DNA of 64,000 bases from Podarcis liolepis (lineage: Eukaryota). The translations under genes were made by a program, and so were the position numbers. Shown in pieces: positions 1-13,100 of the stretch. Positions within the stretch are counted from its first letter, which is position 1. The number at the start of each line of letters is the position of its first letter. The DNA lies in assembly GCA_965112155.1 (NCBI GenBank), contig OZ218103.1, one strand, 5' to 3'. A model generated the notes under the pieces. That model searched no databases and was not told the origin of the DNA. It saw only the letters and a list, made by a program, of their open reading frames with translations.

Positions 1-3000
1 TAGTGATAATGGACATGGGGAAAGTGCCCCCTCAATTCTTGGGAATTGCTGCCGGCCGTCTCAGAGAACACCCAGTTCATGGGTTAATATTTTCCTATGT
101 GAGCACAAACCTAAGGAAAGTTGATTGCGTGAAGTAAAAAAAAAGTGCTGTGTGAACAGGGTCTGAGAGGTGAAGTTCTATTGAAGAAGGAGCAGGAGTA
201 GGTACTCCTCCTTCGAGTGGTGCATATTATCCACTCGGGAACTGTATTCACATGAACAAGTCCACCCATTTCCAGTGTGTGTGCACACATGCATACCATA
301 GGTGCATACTGTGATAGGAATTGTGAGATTTTGTTTACAACAATACTTTCTGCCTTAAATAACAGTAGAGGTTTTTTATTCCCCCCCCCCCCACAAATGA
401 TTTCTTATTGATTCTGTTAGTTCAAGGAATTCACATAGCTTTAAATGCCATTCTTCTTTTGTCGCTATTACATTACTCTTCCAATATTTTGCTACAAGAA
501 TCTTGGGTGGCTTGTGATGACATAAAGAAAATTAAAAATTAAATTTAAAAAGAATGGGATGTTTTTAAAAATGATGAAGTATGTTTCCGAAGATTACTCT
601 TGGTTGAGCATAGACTAAATTCCACAGAGGTAAGAGAATGGGTTCCTGCAGGACAAGAATGGACACAGAAATTTTAAGATACGAGAAATTAGGAACCACA
701 TAGTGGTAGAAGGAAGTCATTAAACAAATCAGGGAATAAAACTGGAGAATAGGCACAGATAAGAGAGTAATAGTAGTGAGGAGAAATCGACAAGGTGAAG
801 ATAAAAGGACTGCTTACTGGAATTATATGTTTAAAATAATGTCGATGATGGTTTGTATTTCCTAAAAAAACCTGTATGTCGTTGATAAGATGTTTTGTTA
901 AACTTTCTTCCTATTTCCCCCCCATCTTTTTCCTCTCTTCTACTTTTTCTTGTTTTCCTTTTCCTTTTCTATTTTCTTTTTGTGTGATTTTTTTCTTTCG
1001 TAGCAGAACAACATATCTGATTATGTGCAATTTTTAATGTGTAAATAAAGATTATATATAAAAAAGTAGAGTTTGCATCTGGGATATCCTTCTGCAATGC
1101 CGCTTAGCAAAATCCTTTCTGTGAGGAATCGGTGTTGTTGATACACAAAGAGTGTGCAGTCCATACAGAAGTAGGGTAGCCATTCAGGATAATCACGAAG
1201 GGTGTTCTGTGAATGCAGCCTGGCCTTTTCGAGCGTTTTGGCTAACAGTTCTTAGAAATTATTTCTGCAAAAGGCTCCAGCTGCTTGTTAAGAATATGCC
1301 ATGTTTCGTACCAAAAAGCCTAGCAGCAGACTGCTAAAACATCATTGCTTGTGGTGCTCTTAGACTAACAGAATGGTGCTCTTCAGCTGTGGGTATATAT
1401 ATTTTTTGGTCCAGATTGAACTTGGTGGTGAGACATTCCATCCATAGCTTTCCAGCCTTGGGTAGGTGGGTGGATGAGATGGGGGGGGCAGGGGCGCAAG
1501 GGCTTCTGGAAGGTCAAAGAGAGCTTCATTTCAGAGCAGGTGCTGGAAGCAGGATGCCTCAGGAATCCCAGAACACTGACGAGGCGAGCCGAACGCCTAC
1601 GATAAATGGGTCGTGCTTGGCTGAGAGCGAGCCGGTTACTGACACAGGGGCTGATCTCCCAGCTGCTGTGAAGAGCGGCTGAAGGGAAGGAGGGAGAGCT
1701 GTGACCTGTGGTAACCTATAGCGCTTGAACGGTGGCCAGCGTGCAAGAGCCAGAGAGGGAGAGAGAGAGCGAGAGAGCAGAAGGGTCTGGTCCGTGTATG
1801 GCAAGGGGCATTTCTTTCTCCTCCGCTGGGTTAGGAAGGGAGCTGAGCCAGGCACAGGGGAGGCTGCGCGCTTGCCCCAGACAGCAGGTGTAACTTGAGT
1901 TGCGCTCCGCCTGGGCTGGTATGCTGCCTGCTGCTGATTGGCTGGAAGGTTGCCCCACTAGGTTATTTTTAACAGAGCTGTCCAACTGGTTCACGTGGTG
2001 GTGTCAGGGAAGAGGAATTTGGAGAATGTAGTAATTTGGAGGAGGACGTGCCCTCGGAGGGAATGGCACAGCCTCTGGTGAATCACGGGACCGGGACAGC
2101 TGAGCAGGGGCAGGTCTGCAGTGCCTGCCGGTACCAGAGGGAGACAATTAGCCATGGCAGGTGCCCTGCAGTGGGAAGAACGCACGCACAGAGCTTCTCA
2201 GTTGACTCTTTATCTTCACGGCACAGATAGGAACACAAAATGACACTGGGAGAGAAGAGTTGCAAAAGCGGTTTCTTTGCATATGCATGCTACTGCCAGT
2301 GCTCATTTTCTTTTTATCCGGCTTGTATACATTTTCTGATTTAAAGAAGGCTTTACAGTCTTCTAGTGTGCTCACTTTGCAACAACTCTGTGAGGTGGGT
2401 TCCTCTTGTGCTTTAGGGCCAAGCTTATATGGTACGCAGGAGATGCACCGAGGGCAGCTGCTGCTTTTGTGAACAACAAGCAGCCATCAGGAGATGACAG
2501 TTCAGATAGGAAGAGGGGTGGAGGGGAACTTTGTGTAACCCTTCATTCTCCATTCATTTCCCCCCACTTCTGCTGATGGAGAAAAATAGTACAGGTACCT
2601 GGACCATAAAGTCCGTCCGTCCATCCGTCCACCCCCCCCTTCTACTATTCCTAATCGCAGGCTCTTAAGGCTTTTGTTCATTTTTAAAGAAGTCAGATGG
2701 CTGCACACATCTCTTATGTAACATCTAGTTTGCTTCTTAACACGTGGAGGGATTGTGGCCTGACTTCTCCAAGCATACATAATTAATATTTTGCGTAAGC
2801 AGGACTTTTCCATATTTAAATTCTGCTGCCTCTCTACTTGGCTGCAATGCTTTACAACAGTGAAGAATGTGTTATGGAGAAGTAGGCATGTAATTGTGCC
2901 TCGTTTCAGTGAGGAAAGCTGCTTGTGTATGCACGGTTCTTATCTGCTTGCAAGAGAATGAGAAAATTGCACAGTGGTTGCTGCTGGCATCCTAGACATA

Positions 3001-6000
3001 GGTTCATTATTTGGGTAGTTTATACCTTATATTGACAATTACCAAAGACGTCTTCATTGTGTTTAGATTTAGTTCACAGTCAGTTACTTGTCTTGTCATT
3101 AGAAGACAGTTTTGAGTGTAAAATAAACAGGTGTGCTCTTAGAGACAGGCATGCCTTGGTAGTTCTACTCATCCGCCCATATGTGTTGACATGGACTAGA
3201 AATGTTTAGCTTTAGACAGAAAGACACAAAACCATTAGACTGGTTCAGACGAACAATCTCTCTAAGCCTTATGAGGTTTGTTTCAGTTCCCATATCCAGC
3301 AAGATGGCAGCAAGGAATAGGGGGCCATGCTGAGTAGCCCATGCCCTGATCTCATGGGCTCCTCTCCACACCACCACTCATGCCTGTGTGTGTAGCACAG
3401 CACAAACATCCACAGGGAGGGATCCTTCACAGGTATAATTGATATGTGCAAAGTCCTGTGGGATCTGGAGCACTGAACAACCAGGAAACTTTACGGTAAT
3501 AAGATGAGCTGAAAATTCTTTCAACAAGTTAACGAAAATGACACTGCCATAGACTGGACGGATGGGGCATTGAGAACAGGAGGAAGACTGCTAATGCTTG
3601 TTGGTTTTATCTCCCATCAGTTCATCTACATACTAAAATGACGAGTACTCCAGCAAATCATCAGTTGGTTGCTGTGAAGGTGCTGGGAGAAGTTCTTTCT
3701 GTTGACTTTCCTTCCTATCCAAACACCTTATTTCCAGTTTTCTTGTAAACAGCACTCGCAATTCTGTTCTACATCCAGGATGTTGGCATTCCTTTGTTAA
3801 GGAACTCATCCAGAGTCAGTAGTTTCCTTGGAGACATTTCTCTATCCTGGTGCCCTTGCTATTCCCAGTGGGGCCCAGACCTAAAAAGCAGCAAACACTG
3901 GCACTGATTTGTGTTCTTGACATCAATTGTAAAAATAATTTTATACCAATCACCTGGGTATATGCTTTGCTTTTCAGGATCCCAATTTAAGGATTTCCTT
4001 ATGCTCCTCAAAGCACACACACATTGGTCCTGCCTGCTTTGTAAAAACCAATCTGTTTGTTTCCATCCCATCATTGTACCTCCCTAGCACCCACCCCCTG
4101 CTGCATAGCAGAACTAGAGTCTTAACACCCATTGTTTACTCCTAAACTGTTCTTGTCAGACTAGTTAACTTTCAGGTGTATTTACCTACAGCTCTGTCTC
4201 TGTACTGAGTGTGTGATGAAGTGTTGTTACTAGTAGTAACTGATCTTGCAATTCCTGTAAGTTACCTTGTTTACCTCTGTATAATTTGCCCAAGTACCTG
4301 AGTGAATTCAACATTTTGGTTTCTTTTATTGACCTTTTGCTCTACTGTGCTTCAATATCTTAAAACTTCATTTATGGTTTAGAAGTTCAGGAATAGGCTG
4401 ATGTGTTTTTCCAGTAGCTTGACTGTGTCATGCTCAGTGTTTGACATTAGCCAGGCGCCAGGCGCATATTGCATCTGCCTTTTGGCCACTTGCGACCACG
4501 TGAAGATGCCTGGGTGCCAGAATGGTGCCTGACATCTCCACTGTCTGGAGGTGACTGCCTCCTTGGATCTTGACTGTTTTCACACACTCATGCCCATCCC
4601 GTAGAATTCTATCCATTATATTTTACCTGCACAATCAGAATGAATTTCAGAAACCAAAATGCTTTTTCTGTGCAGCCTGAGCAATTATAGCTAATTGTTG
4701 TAGTTTGTTTTCACTTACCCCACCTCACAGCAGTGCTCGTAGTTGTGAAGAATATTCTTACGTTATGAATGGTCCATGTCACAGATAAGGAAAAAGAGGT
4801 CGGAATATGCCAATATAAATATGGACTCTCCCTGGATCAAGTGACTTTTCTTTTTTTAAGTTCTCAAAGTGCTTAACCTAGCTCAAAGTTGTCCTCTGAA
4901 CTGGCCAGATGTTTGACTGAGAATCAATCACAATCAGTCCGTCATTTGAAAAACAAGCCTTTAGAATAATCTGGCCCCCAAATGGCAACAAGACATTCCG
5001 TTTTGGCGACTGTAACTTTGGTTTAAGGAACCATTTGGCACCTAGCTTATATATCTGAGTTTCTAACACTGGTTGTGCCTGCCCGGCCGATGCCTAGTTG
5101 GGAACAGCATCAAAAATACTTTTTGTTTCTTGAGTTGGAGAGACCTGTGCTGCCTCTCTGTTCAGGGTACATGCCGAAAGATAAAAAGAGGCTGAAATCT
5201 CTAGCTCTGTTGTAAATCTCAGTTTAGCTGCTGCTGTTCTGATGAGAAAGATAATGGTGGGAGTTTGGGGCCTTGTTATCAAAGTGGCAAACATAGCATG
5301 GTTGTGGCTAGGGATCTCTTCCACGTTCCTTGTAATTGCATTGCTCCCTTTCCCCCCACACTAAGCCAAAGTTGGGGAAAGAATTAGTGGCCTCAGCAGC
5401 ATGTATAGAGTGAAGCGAGTTGATATTTCATTCATAGTAAAGTTAGTGTCTCTTCTTTCCATTTTATCTTCCAGCAGCATAGTAACCAATCAGATGTCAC
5501 ACCTATGAAGGTGCAATAAACAATGAACCCAGTCAATATTATAATCCGTCCAGCCAGTGAAATGATCAATTAATGTACTATGGTTATGATCCTGTACTTG
5601 CTTACCTGGAAGCAAGCTCCATTGGACTCTGTGTGAAACTTAATTCCAAGTAGACATGCCTAGGGTTGCACTATTAAAAGAGGAGAATTAAAATGCTGAG
5701 CGACATTAAGTTAAGACAAGATATCCAACTAGTGCTGTGAAACCATGAGTCAGTCCATTAATTCATTTCTCAACCAGTATAGCAGTCAGTTAGTTGAAAA
5801 GTCAGTTGTTCATAAAATAAACATCAGAAAGTTGTCAGTTCAGGGTTAAGTGCTTCTAAAACCATTAAAACACTGATCTAGAAAGACTACAGTTTACACA
5901 CCTGCCTAGTTCCCCATCTCACAGTCTGTGTTGGCGTGGTCTCCTTCCTTATGGTCTTCTGTTTTGGAATGGCTCAGATCCCATGTGTGTTTATTAACAC

Positions 6001-6795
6001 GCATGAGTATGCATGTGGTTGCATGCAGTGGCACTGCTGCTACAAGCAGTTGCAAAGTATTAAATAAGTCCAGAGTAAGTTGACAACAGACCTGGGTGAG
6101 TTTTGCACAGAAAACCTGCCTCCTTCTTACCCCTCTCAAAGAGGAAAGGGGAATGAGATGCAGCAAATAACAAGCAATTCATCTAAGCTGTTGAAGAATC
6201 ACAGCAAGCCCAGATTCTGTATCCTTGCATACAATTCTTGAACTGTGGCTTTCTGGCCATGTTATTTTGCTTTTCTCAGTATCACATCAAAAATAAGATT
6301 TGTTTGGGCATGTAAGAGAGACTATCTGGTAACACTATAAAGGTAGCTTCTTTTTTAAAAAAAAGAAAACAGAAGTGGACCTTTTGGTAGTACTCTGAAT
6401 TGACTTTTAAGATGTTGAATTCTAAAAGCAAGGGGCAAAATGTCCACAGGCAAAATATTGAATTGCAAAAGTTTGTAGAGTGTTAACAGGCAAAATTATT
6501 TTCTCCCAAGCAGTGGGCATGCAGTTTGCATCCATGGAAACAATGATTAAGTCAGCACAGGACCTGGACATCCTGAGTCAATTAAAAAACTTCCACTCTG
6601 AAAAGAAGCGTTCCTTTGATCCATTGTGATGTCAGATCCCACGTGGGGGAGAGCCAGTCAAAAACAATGAATTTTTCTAGTTAAGGATCAGTTAATGAAT
6701 TATGCATACAAAATATAGGGAGGCAAGTAGGAGGAAAAAGAGATTTGCTGAACTCTGCTTAGCCAAAATTGCCTGCATCTCCCAGTTTATTTGTA

Positions 6796-7006
6796 CAGTC
6801 ATACCTCGGGTTGAAGATGCTTCAGGTTGAGCGCTTTCGGGTTGAGCTCTGGGTTTTGCCATTCAAGCATGCGCAGATGGTCAAAATGACGTCACGTGCA
6901 TGTGCGGAAGCGGCGAATCGTGAGATGCGCGGGCGCGGGTTGTGTTTACTTCAGGATGTGAATGGGGCTCTGGAACGAATCCCGTTCGTATCCAGAGGTA
7001 CCACTG
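6796..7006. mobile_element. Tc1/mariner (Tigger/pogo-like) non-autonomous MITE
   Basis: Termini CAGTCATACCTC... and ...GAGGTACCACTG are imperfect inverted repeats flanked by TA on both sides. Confidence 0.75.
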
Positions 7007-8283
7007 TATAGCTCTTTCTCAGAATGGCAGGTGGGTCATGGGTGGCCAACCTTCCGCAAGCATCAAGGCATTTGAAGCACACCTGGACCAAGCGTAGGAG
7101 GGCTTGCAGGCATGGCTATGGCACGGAATCAGCCCCTTAGCTTGCCTGCTGCTCCCATGCTGTGCTGCTGCTGCCTGCAATAGCCCAGACTGGAAGCAAA
7201 ACTTCATTGTGGGTTTAAGAACTAGTTAGCTATGGCAGCCCACAATCTATTGTTCTGGAATTGACATTGGTCACCTTTGGGTGCAGTTATTTCAATGTTT
7301 AACGGGCAGTCTAATCTGGAAACCCATCACCTTTTTGAACCAATAAATAGTTGACAGACAATGTCGAATAATACTTTTGCTAGTCTAAAAGGCTGAAGAA
7401 TTGCTGAGTTGCACAGCAACATTTGTATCCTCATCACACCAGAAACACCACTTTCTATGTCTATAAATTTGGGCCCTCTGTTTTATCCTAGCATGCGAGT
7501 GGAGAATGAGACTATCAATGCCATGAGTGGTACGCTAGGCTTTCATGGGGATTGTTTTAGTTTTGTGCCTCATTTTCCACAACTGTGAATCAGGTGTGTG
7601 TGCGCGCACGTGCACAAGTGAGAGGCAGTGCTGGAATTTAAATAAAATATTTGTGAATTGCTTATAATGCCACATTGGTGTAGTGCCTAGGGGGGAAATG
7701 AGGGGAAGGGTCCCCACAAATACAGCTGTTTGCCCTTCTGGAGTCAGAGGCCTTACTTGCAGGGCACCCACAGCCTTGTCTTAATTTCATGTAAGTGGGA
7801 TGGAGTGAAAGCCAAAATGGAGATGGAAGGATGAGCGGAGAAAGCCTTCTGCAATCCGTCCCCTTCCCAACAGCAGTGAGCGCAGGTGTGACCACACCCA
7901 CTTTTGGTTTGGGCTCGGTCCCTGACTGGCTTCAATCCCCCACCTCTGAAGGAATGCAGCCCTCAACAGGGCTAGGTGAAGTTTCCCAATTCCTGGTCTG
8001 TCTATTCCTTTTTAAAAATATATCCAGCTTTTGACTGTACCTGGATATATATTTTTAATATATGTGGCCATGTGATAATTTTAGCTTATAAATTTTATTG
8101 TTTAATGTCTTAATTTGTATATTAAGGTACTTTTATAGCTCTGTTTAGAGTAGGTAATGTCTTGATAACATAAACGTTTTACGATTTTTGTATCAATCTA
8201 GCATATTTTCTTTTAATTGTTGAATGATTCTGTGTACATTGTGGCAGCCTTTGGCTATGTGCAATAAAACTGACTGACTGACT

Positions 8284-8650
8284 GGATCTCCAAGTGGCTT
8301 ACAAAATTCGAAACGTACCACGTGGAAGGCTTAAACATAAAAGAAACATCGCAGAACATCAGTCTATTGCTCTAGAAAAAGAGGTGCTGGAACTCACCAT
8401 GAACACCTCCCTCATTCTCTTAGAATGGCAATGGCGCCCACCTGAGAGGTGCCAGAACTGAGTTCTGGCGAGATCCAGCTGGGGGGGGGGGGAAAGCCCC
8501 GCAGAACAGAAATCATGGTGCAAAGGCCTCCTGGAATAAAACCATTTTAACCTGAAATTTGTCAGGGACTGTGCCTTGCCTGATTTCTAGTGGGGAGGGA
8601 GTTCCATAGAATTGGACCCACTACGCCGAAGGCGTGACTCCTCAACTGAG
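8284..8650 (-). mobile_element. Degenerate LINE (L2-like) 3' fragment interrupted by a short DNA-transposon-like insert (about 8360-8500)
   Basis: GGGAGGGAGTTCCA...GAAGGC pattern typical of squamate L2 ends; recognised by eye only. Confidence 0.4.
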
Positions 8651-10116
8651 TCGAGCGGCACCATGCTGATTTGGTTGTAAAGAGTACGCCGGCACTTGAG
8701 TGGTTTGCGAACCTATTTGGGTCCCCCAGTAAGAAAGACCAAGGCCTCTGGGGCCTGCTTTTCCGTTTGTTTGTTTTAAAGGCGTGCCAGGAACTACAGA
8801 TATCAAGGGATGTGCATTGAGCCAGCTGGCTTTTATAAGGGCATTGTTACTCCGGTATAGGGTATCATCCTCCTCTGTCCCTCTCACGTGGTGCTGCTTG
8901 ACCCTGTAGAGCACCTGGCCTTGTCTGTCCAAGACTGGGATGGTGTGTTGGGGTGGGGAGGGAAAGGAGTGGGTGAGGGGCTGTTGTGTGTCTTTATTTC
9001 AAAGAGTGAAGACTCTTCTCAGAGCGGACACCCAGTGGCTGTCGTGAAAGGAATACAGGGCATTGGTATCGCCAGGGCAGCCACAGTTGCTCCAGCTTTC
9101 TTTTTTTAAGAAAAAATAAATATATTATTATTTAGAGATCTTCTAAGTTAGCTGCAAGGGCATTTCAGGAAGCCTCAGCCACCACCATCTGGTCCATTAA
9201 AATAAATCTGGCGTGCTTCCCCGCCCCATTCCCCCCCCCTCAACCCCACCATGTTCAGAGGGGAGGGGATGAGGGAAAAAGAGAGCTCCCAGCTGCTCTG
9301 ACGTTTGAATTTAGATTGGCCACAGCTGGCCTGTAAAATGTGGAGCAAAAGCTCTTCTGCTTCAAATTAGGAGGAGGAGGAGGTGGCGGTTGGGAAGTTC
9401 TCTCTTAAAAGGCCAGCACCACTTAAAATATCCCATGGGTTTGGGTGTCCTGTGTAGTGCCACAAAATGAAACCCAAAACTCTGGGAGGGTGTGTGTGTG
9501 TGTGTGCATGCTCCATATCATAGCCAATTCCTTGATAGGTCACAATATTTTGATTTATTTTCCATTGGGATCGTGGCCAAAGGACCCTTGTAAGGTTCTG
9601 GAGTGAAGCACACGTGTGAGAACTTGGGATTGAGAAAGAAGCGTGCCCGGTTCTCAGCAGTGGCCTCTCGGGCCTCTCCCAGCATAGTGGGAGGAAATTC
9701 TGTAGCTGACACAATGGGAGCGGTGCCTTCCCTGCTAGGTTTCTGGGTGTCCCGTGTTTGTGCCCTGCTTTCTGTGCTCACGCCATTTAATTTCATGTTC
9801 CTTTGCCATCCACGTGGTGTGCTGTTGTAGGTGCCTTGTTCAGTGTATAAACAGCCAAGGCTGGGGGCGCTGCCTTTCTGGCTAACCTCCTTCATTTGGA
9901 CAACTGTTGTGTTAGTGCCACCTTCTGGTAAAATGTCATTGAGCTAGGCCTCGTGCTCCGGTTATTTTGTGGTTTTTGGTTTCTCAGAGTTAAGAGTTCC
10001 AGAAGGTGGTTCTGACTTCTCCGAGGGGACGGCCTTTATTCAGCAGGTAGTCGGAGAAGGAAGGCAAAGCTCCAGCTCTCTCGTCATGTCATTTATATAT
10101 TCATTTATCCCCTTAG

Positions 10117-10181
10117 GTCGCAATGAATTGATAGCAAGGTACATCAAGTTACGGACGGGGAAAACAAGGACAAGGAAACAG
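10117..10181 (+). CDS. TEAD3: TEAD3 exon, TEA domain ([22 protein letters not shown])
   Basis: ccttag acceptor, CAG/gtaaaa donor, 65 nt, invariant TEA sequence. Confidence 0.96.
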
Positions 10182-13100
10182 GTAAAAATGTACCTAGCAC
10201 TTGCCCTTTCCTTTAAAAAAAAAAAAAAGTAACCTTGCAATAGGATGACTGAAGGAGAAAGGGGCCTCGTGAAATCACCCGTGTGTGTGTGTGTGTGTGT
10301 GTGTGTCTCCGTGTGTGTGTGTGTGTGTGTGTGCCTGCTCCATTGCCATAATTCAGTGTACCACTCAGAAGTGTGATGAGGCATCAGAGCTAGTAGTGAA
10401 TATGTTGGAGAGGTCTGGGACATCAAAGTTCTTTTTCTGGCTCTGTTGGGTACGGTTGAGATCCCTGTTTCACTTTCTTTTTTTCCTAACATAGGTGATA
10501 GCTGCCTTAAAAGTTAGAGAATTGACCTTGGCTTCAATATTTTGGGATCTTTGGTAGGAAGTTACTGAATAAAGCCAAGGGGTGTGAAATGGCAACTGTA
10601 ACTCGCAGGTGCCTTGATGCATCGCAAGCTCTCTCCCCCCCCCCCCTTTGCAAGCACTCATAATTGGTGAAGGCTTTAAAAAAATGCTCCTTCCAGAATT
10701 AGTTGGAGTTATAGGAGCTCTGTAACTTCATATTCTCCCACCACAGCAAACTTCCTGGCCCTTTTATTGCCCTTCCAAATTCCCTTAGAAGAGTAAATCA
10801 TCATTTTGTCTCCACCACTTGACTGGGAAGAATCCTGAATCTACCATAGGTAGAGCTTGATAGGAGATGCTGCACAGCATTGGGAGTGGTGAAGGGGAAG
10901 ATTTTTCTTTCAAAATAGAAGTTGACCCCTAGCAACAATTATGCGTCCATAATTGTAGCTTCTATCTTTTCAGTTGGCTGTGGGTGCTTTTTGAATCTTC
11001 AGGGCAGAAGTGAAAACCACTCGACCTAAGGGCTGTATTGCCCACCCAGGCAGTCAGCAATTTGGTGACAGATCTATTTACTTGATTCTTCTTATCATGC
11101 TGTGTTCATGTTCAGGTTGTCCTCCATCAAGTTAACTCCACCACCACCACCACCATTACTGGTCTTGATGCTGTGTTAGGGATGGGGCAGGGAGAGTAGG
11201 AGAGGGAGAGAGAAGGAATGAGGTGGCAGCAACAATTTTGGTCACAGCCACTGCTGGCATACAGTTCTTGAAAGGTTGGTCAAGAGCAAATGCAACCCTG
11301 AAACACCCTGTATTCTCCATCCTCCATTTGCGCATGATCGCAATTTGACCTGAACCCCCCAAAGAGAGGTAGATCACTGCCAGTTTTTTTACTCTGTGAG
11401 TAGATCGCAGTCTCTTGGGAGTTGGACGTCCCTGGTCTAAAGTATTTCTTCTTTAACCACAGGACAACACTTGGCTATAGAATGTGGTTAAGAATGGTAG
11501 ACCTTAAACATGACCCCAGGTTTGGACAACACTTTTAAGACCTCAAAAGCCTGGAGAGGAGCAAAGTGAATGCCAAGAGCGGGCATGTTTGCACATTCGC
11601 ACTAAGCTGTAGTTTGGGTTAGTGTGATGTGCAAACGTAGCTAAAGACTTTGCCTGGAACATGAAAGAATCCTCATGAAGGCACTCCTTTTTTTTTTGGA
11701 AGCAATGGCAGATGTACCTCTTTTTTGTAATAGTCAACACATTCCTGCTCTGCAATCCATTAAATGGTTGCAGAATTTGTAATCTCAGAATTCATGGAGC
11801 AGTTGACGGTGTGTCAGACCCAAAGGCTTATCCGTAACATCTTTCCAAAAGCCATGGGAAACACACTCTTGTGTAACTCTAGGACTGCCTCCTGGTGGGA
11901 CGTACCCTGTATGCTGGCTTGTTCTTAAATACTCAAATGAACAATTGGCACAGAACCAAAGGCATGGCCAAAGAGCTATTCCTTGTATCTTGGCCTCCCC
12001 ACAAACATGTAAGAGAAGCTCAGGGTGCTTAGACTTCAGTGGTGGGCAAGCGTAGAATTCCTTCTGGAACTCCTAGTTCTCATTAGCTACTTGTAGTGTA
12101 TTATGTTATCAAATCAAACTTGGAAAGGATCCAAAGACTTGGAAAGGACCCCGAGAGTCATCTAGTCCAACCCCATGCAATGCAGGAATCTCAACACACA
12201 GTCCCCCATCCAGTTTGATACCATAACCAGATCTTGCTTAGCTTAGCCAATGTGCTAGCAGTTTGATTGCTGCACCACTTTGTATGGTATGTTAATGAAA
12301 GTCATTGTTGGGAGGGCTGAAACCTTATAAAATCCATCAATTAAGATATCACCAGCTCCCCTTTATTTGCGTCTGGATTGTTTCCTTCATTAGGGCAAAG
12401 TTGGAAATATCAGGTCCATGTCTGTGCTGATTTTACCAGGCAGTAGTTATGATTGGATGGAAGCAGATCTTATGGAATTAAACTTAGAGGAGCTATGCAG
12501 TATATGTATCTATTATACAGTCAATCTTGCCTCTGCTTCAAGGTTTGCAGTCCTAACACTTTCTGGTGAATCTAGGGAAGCCTTTGCCAACTCAATGCCC
12601 TCCAGATGTTTTGGACTAAAACTCCTGGCAGCCCTAGCCAGTAGCCCAAAATATCTGGATGACACAAGGTTTGTGAAGGCTGCCCCTAGCTCAGACTTGC
12701 TAGTAGCACACTCTAAGAAATGTTTTTGCAAATGAGAGTTGTCCTTTTCAATGGCAAAGCATGGATAGCCTCCATTGTAAAAGAAAGTAGACTTAACCTG
12801 TCTTTTTTCTATTGTTTGACTCACTGCATGTGACTAGTAATGCTAAATCATTGGAGCAGTTCTCTGATATAAAACTAAATCCATCCAAAGGCAATTAAAG
12901 TAGACAACAGCCTACACAGCAAGGAAACACCAGTCTCCATTGGTTGTCTCTAACATAGACAAATAGTTGGTGTAGTCTTGGGTCTTCTCATATAGTCTTC
13001 AGATTTGTCAAATCTCCTTTCTGTGGATCATATGCAAGATTCTGATTTATATTTTGGTAACAAAGAGCTTTGTCTTGTGATTCCTTTAAATATTATTTCT

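Noticed and set aside
540-1065. Possible L1/Tx1-like 3' end (T-rich stretch, AATAAA, A-run)
   Set aside because: Too degenerate to assign without a repeat library.
10040-10494. ORFs with HTHT/CVCV runs
   Set aside because: Translations of the (GT)n microsatellite.
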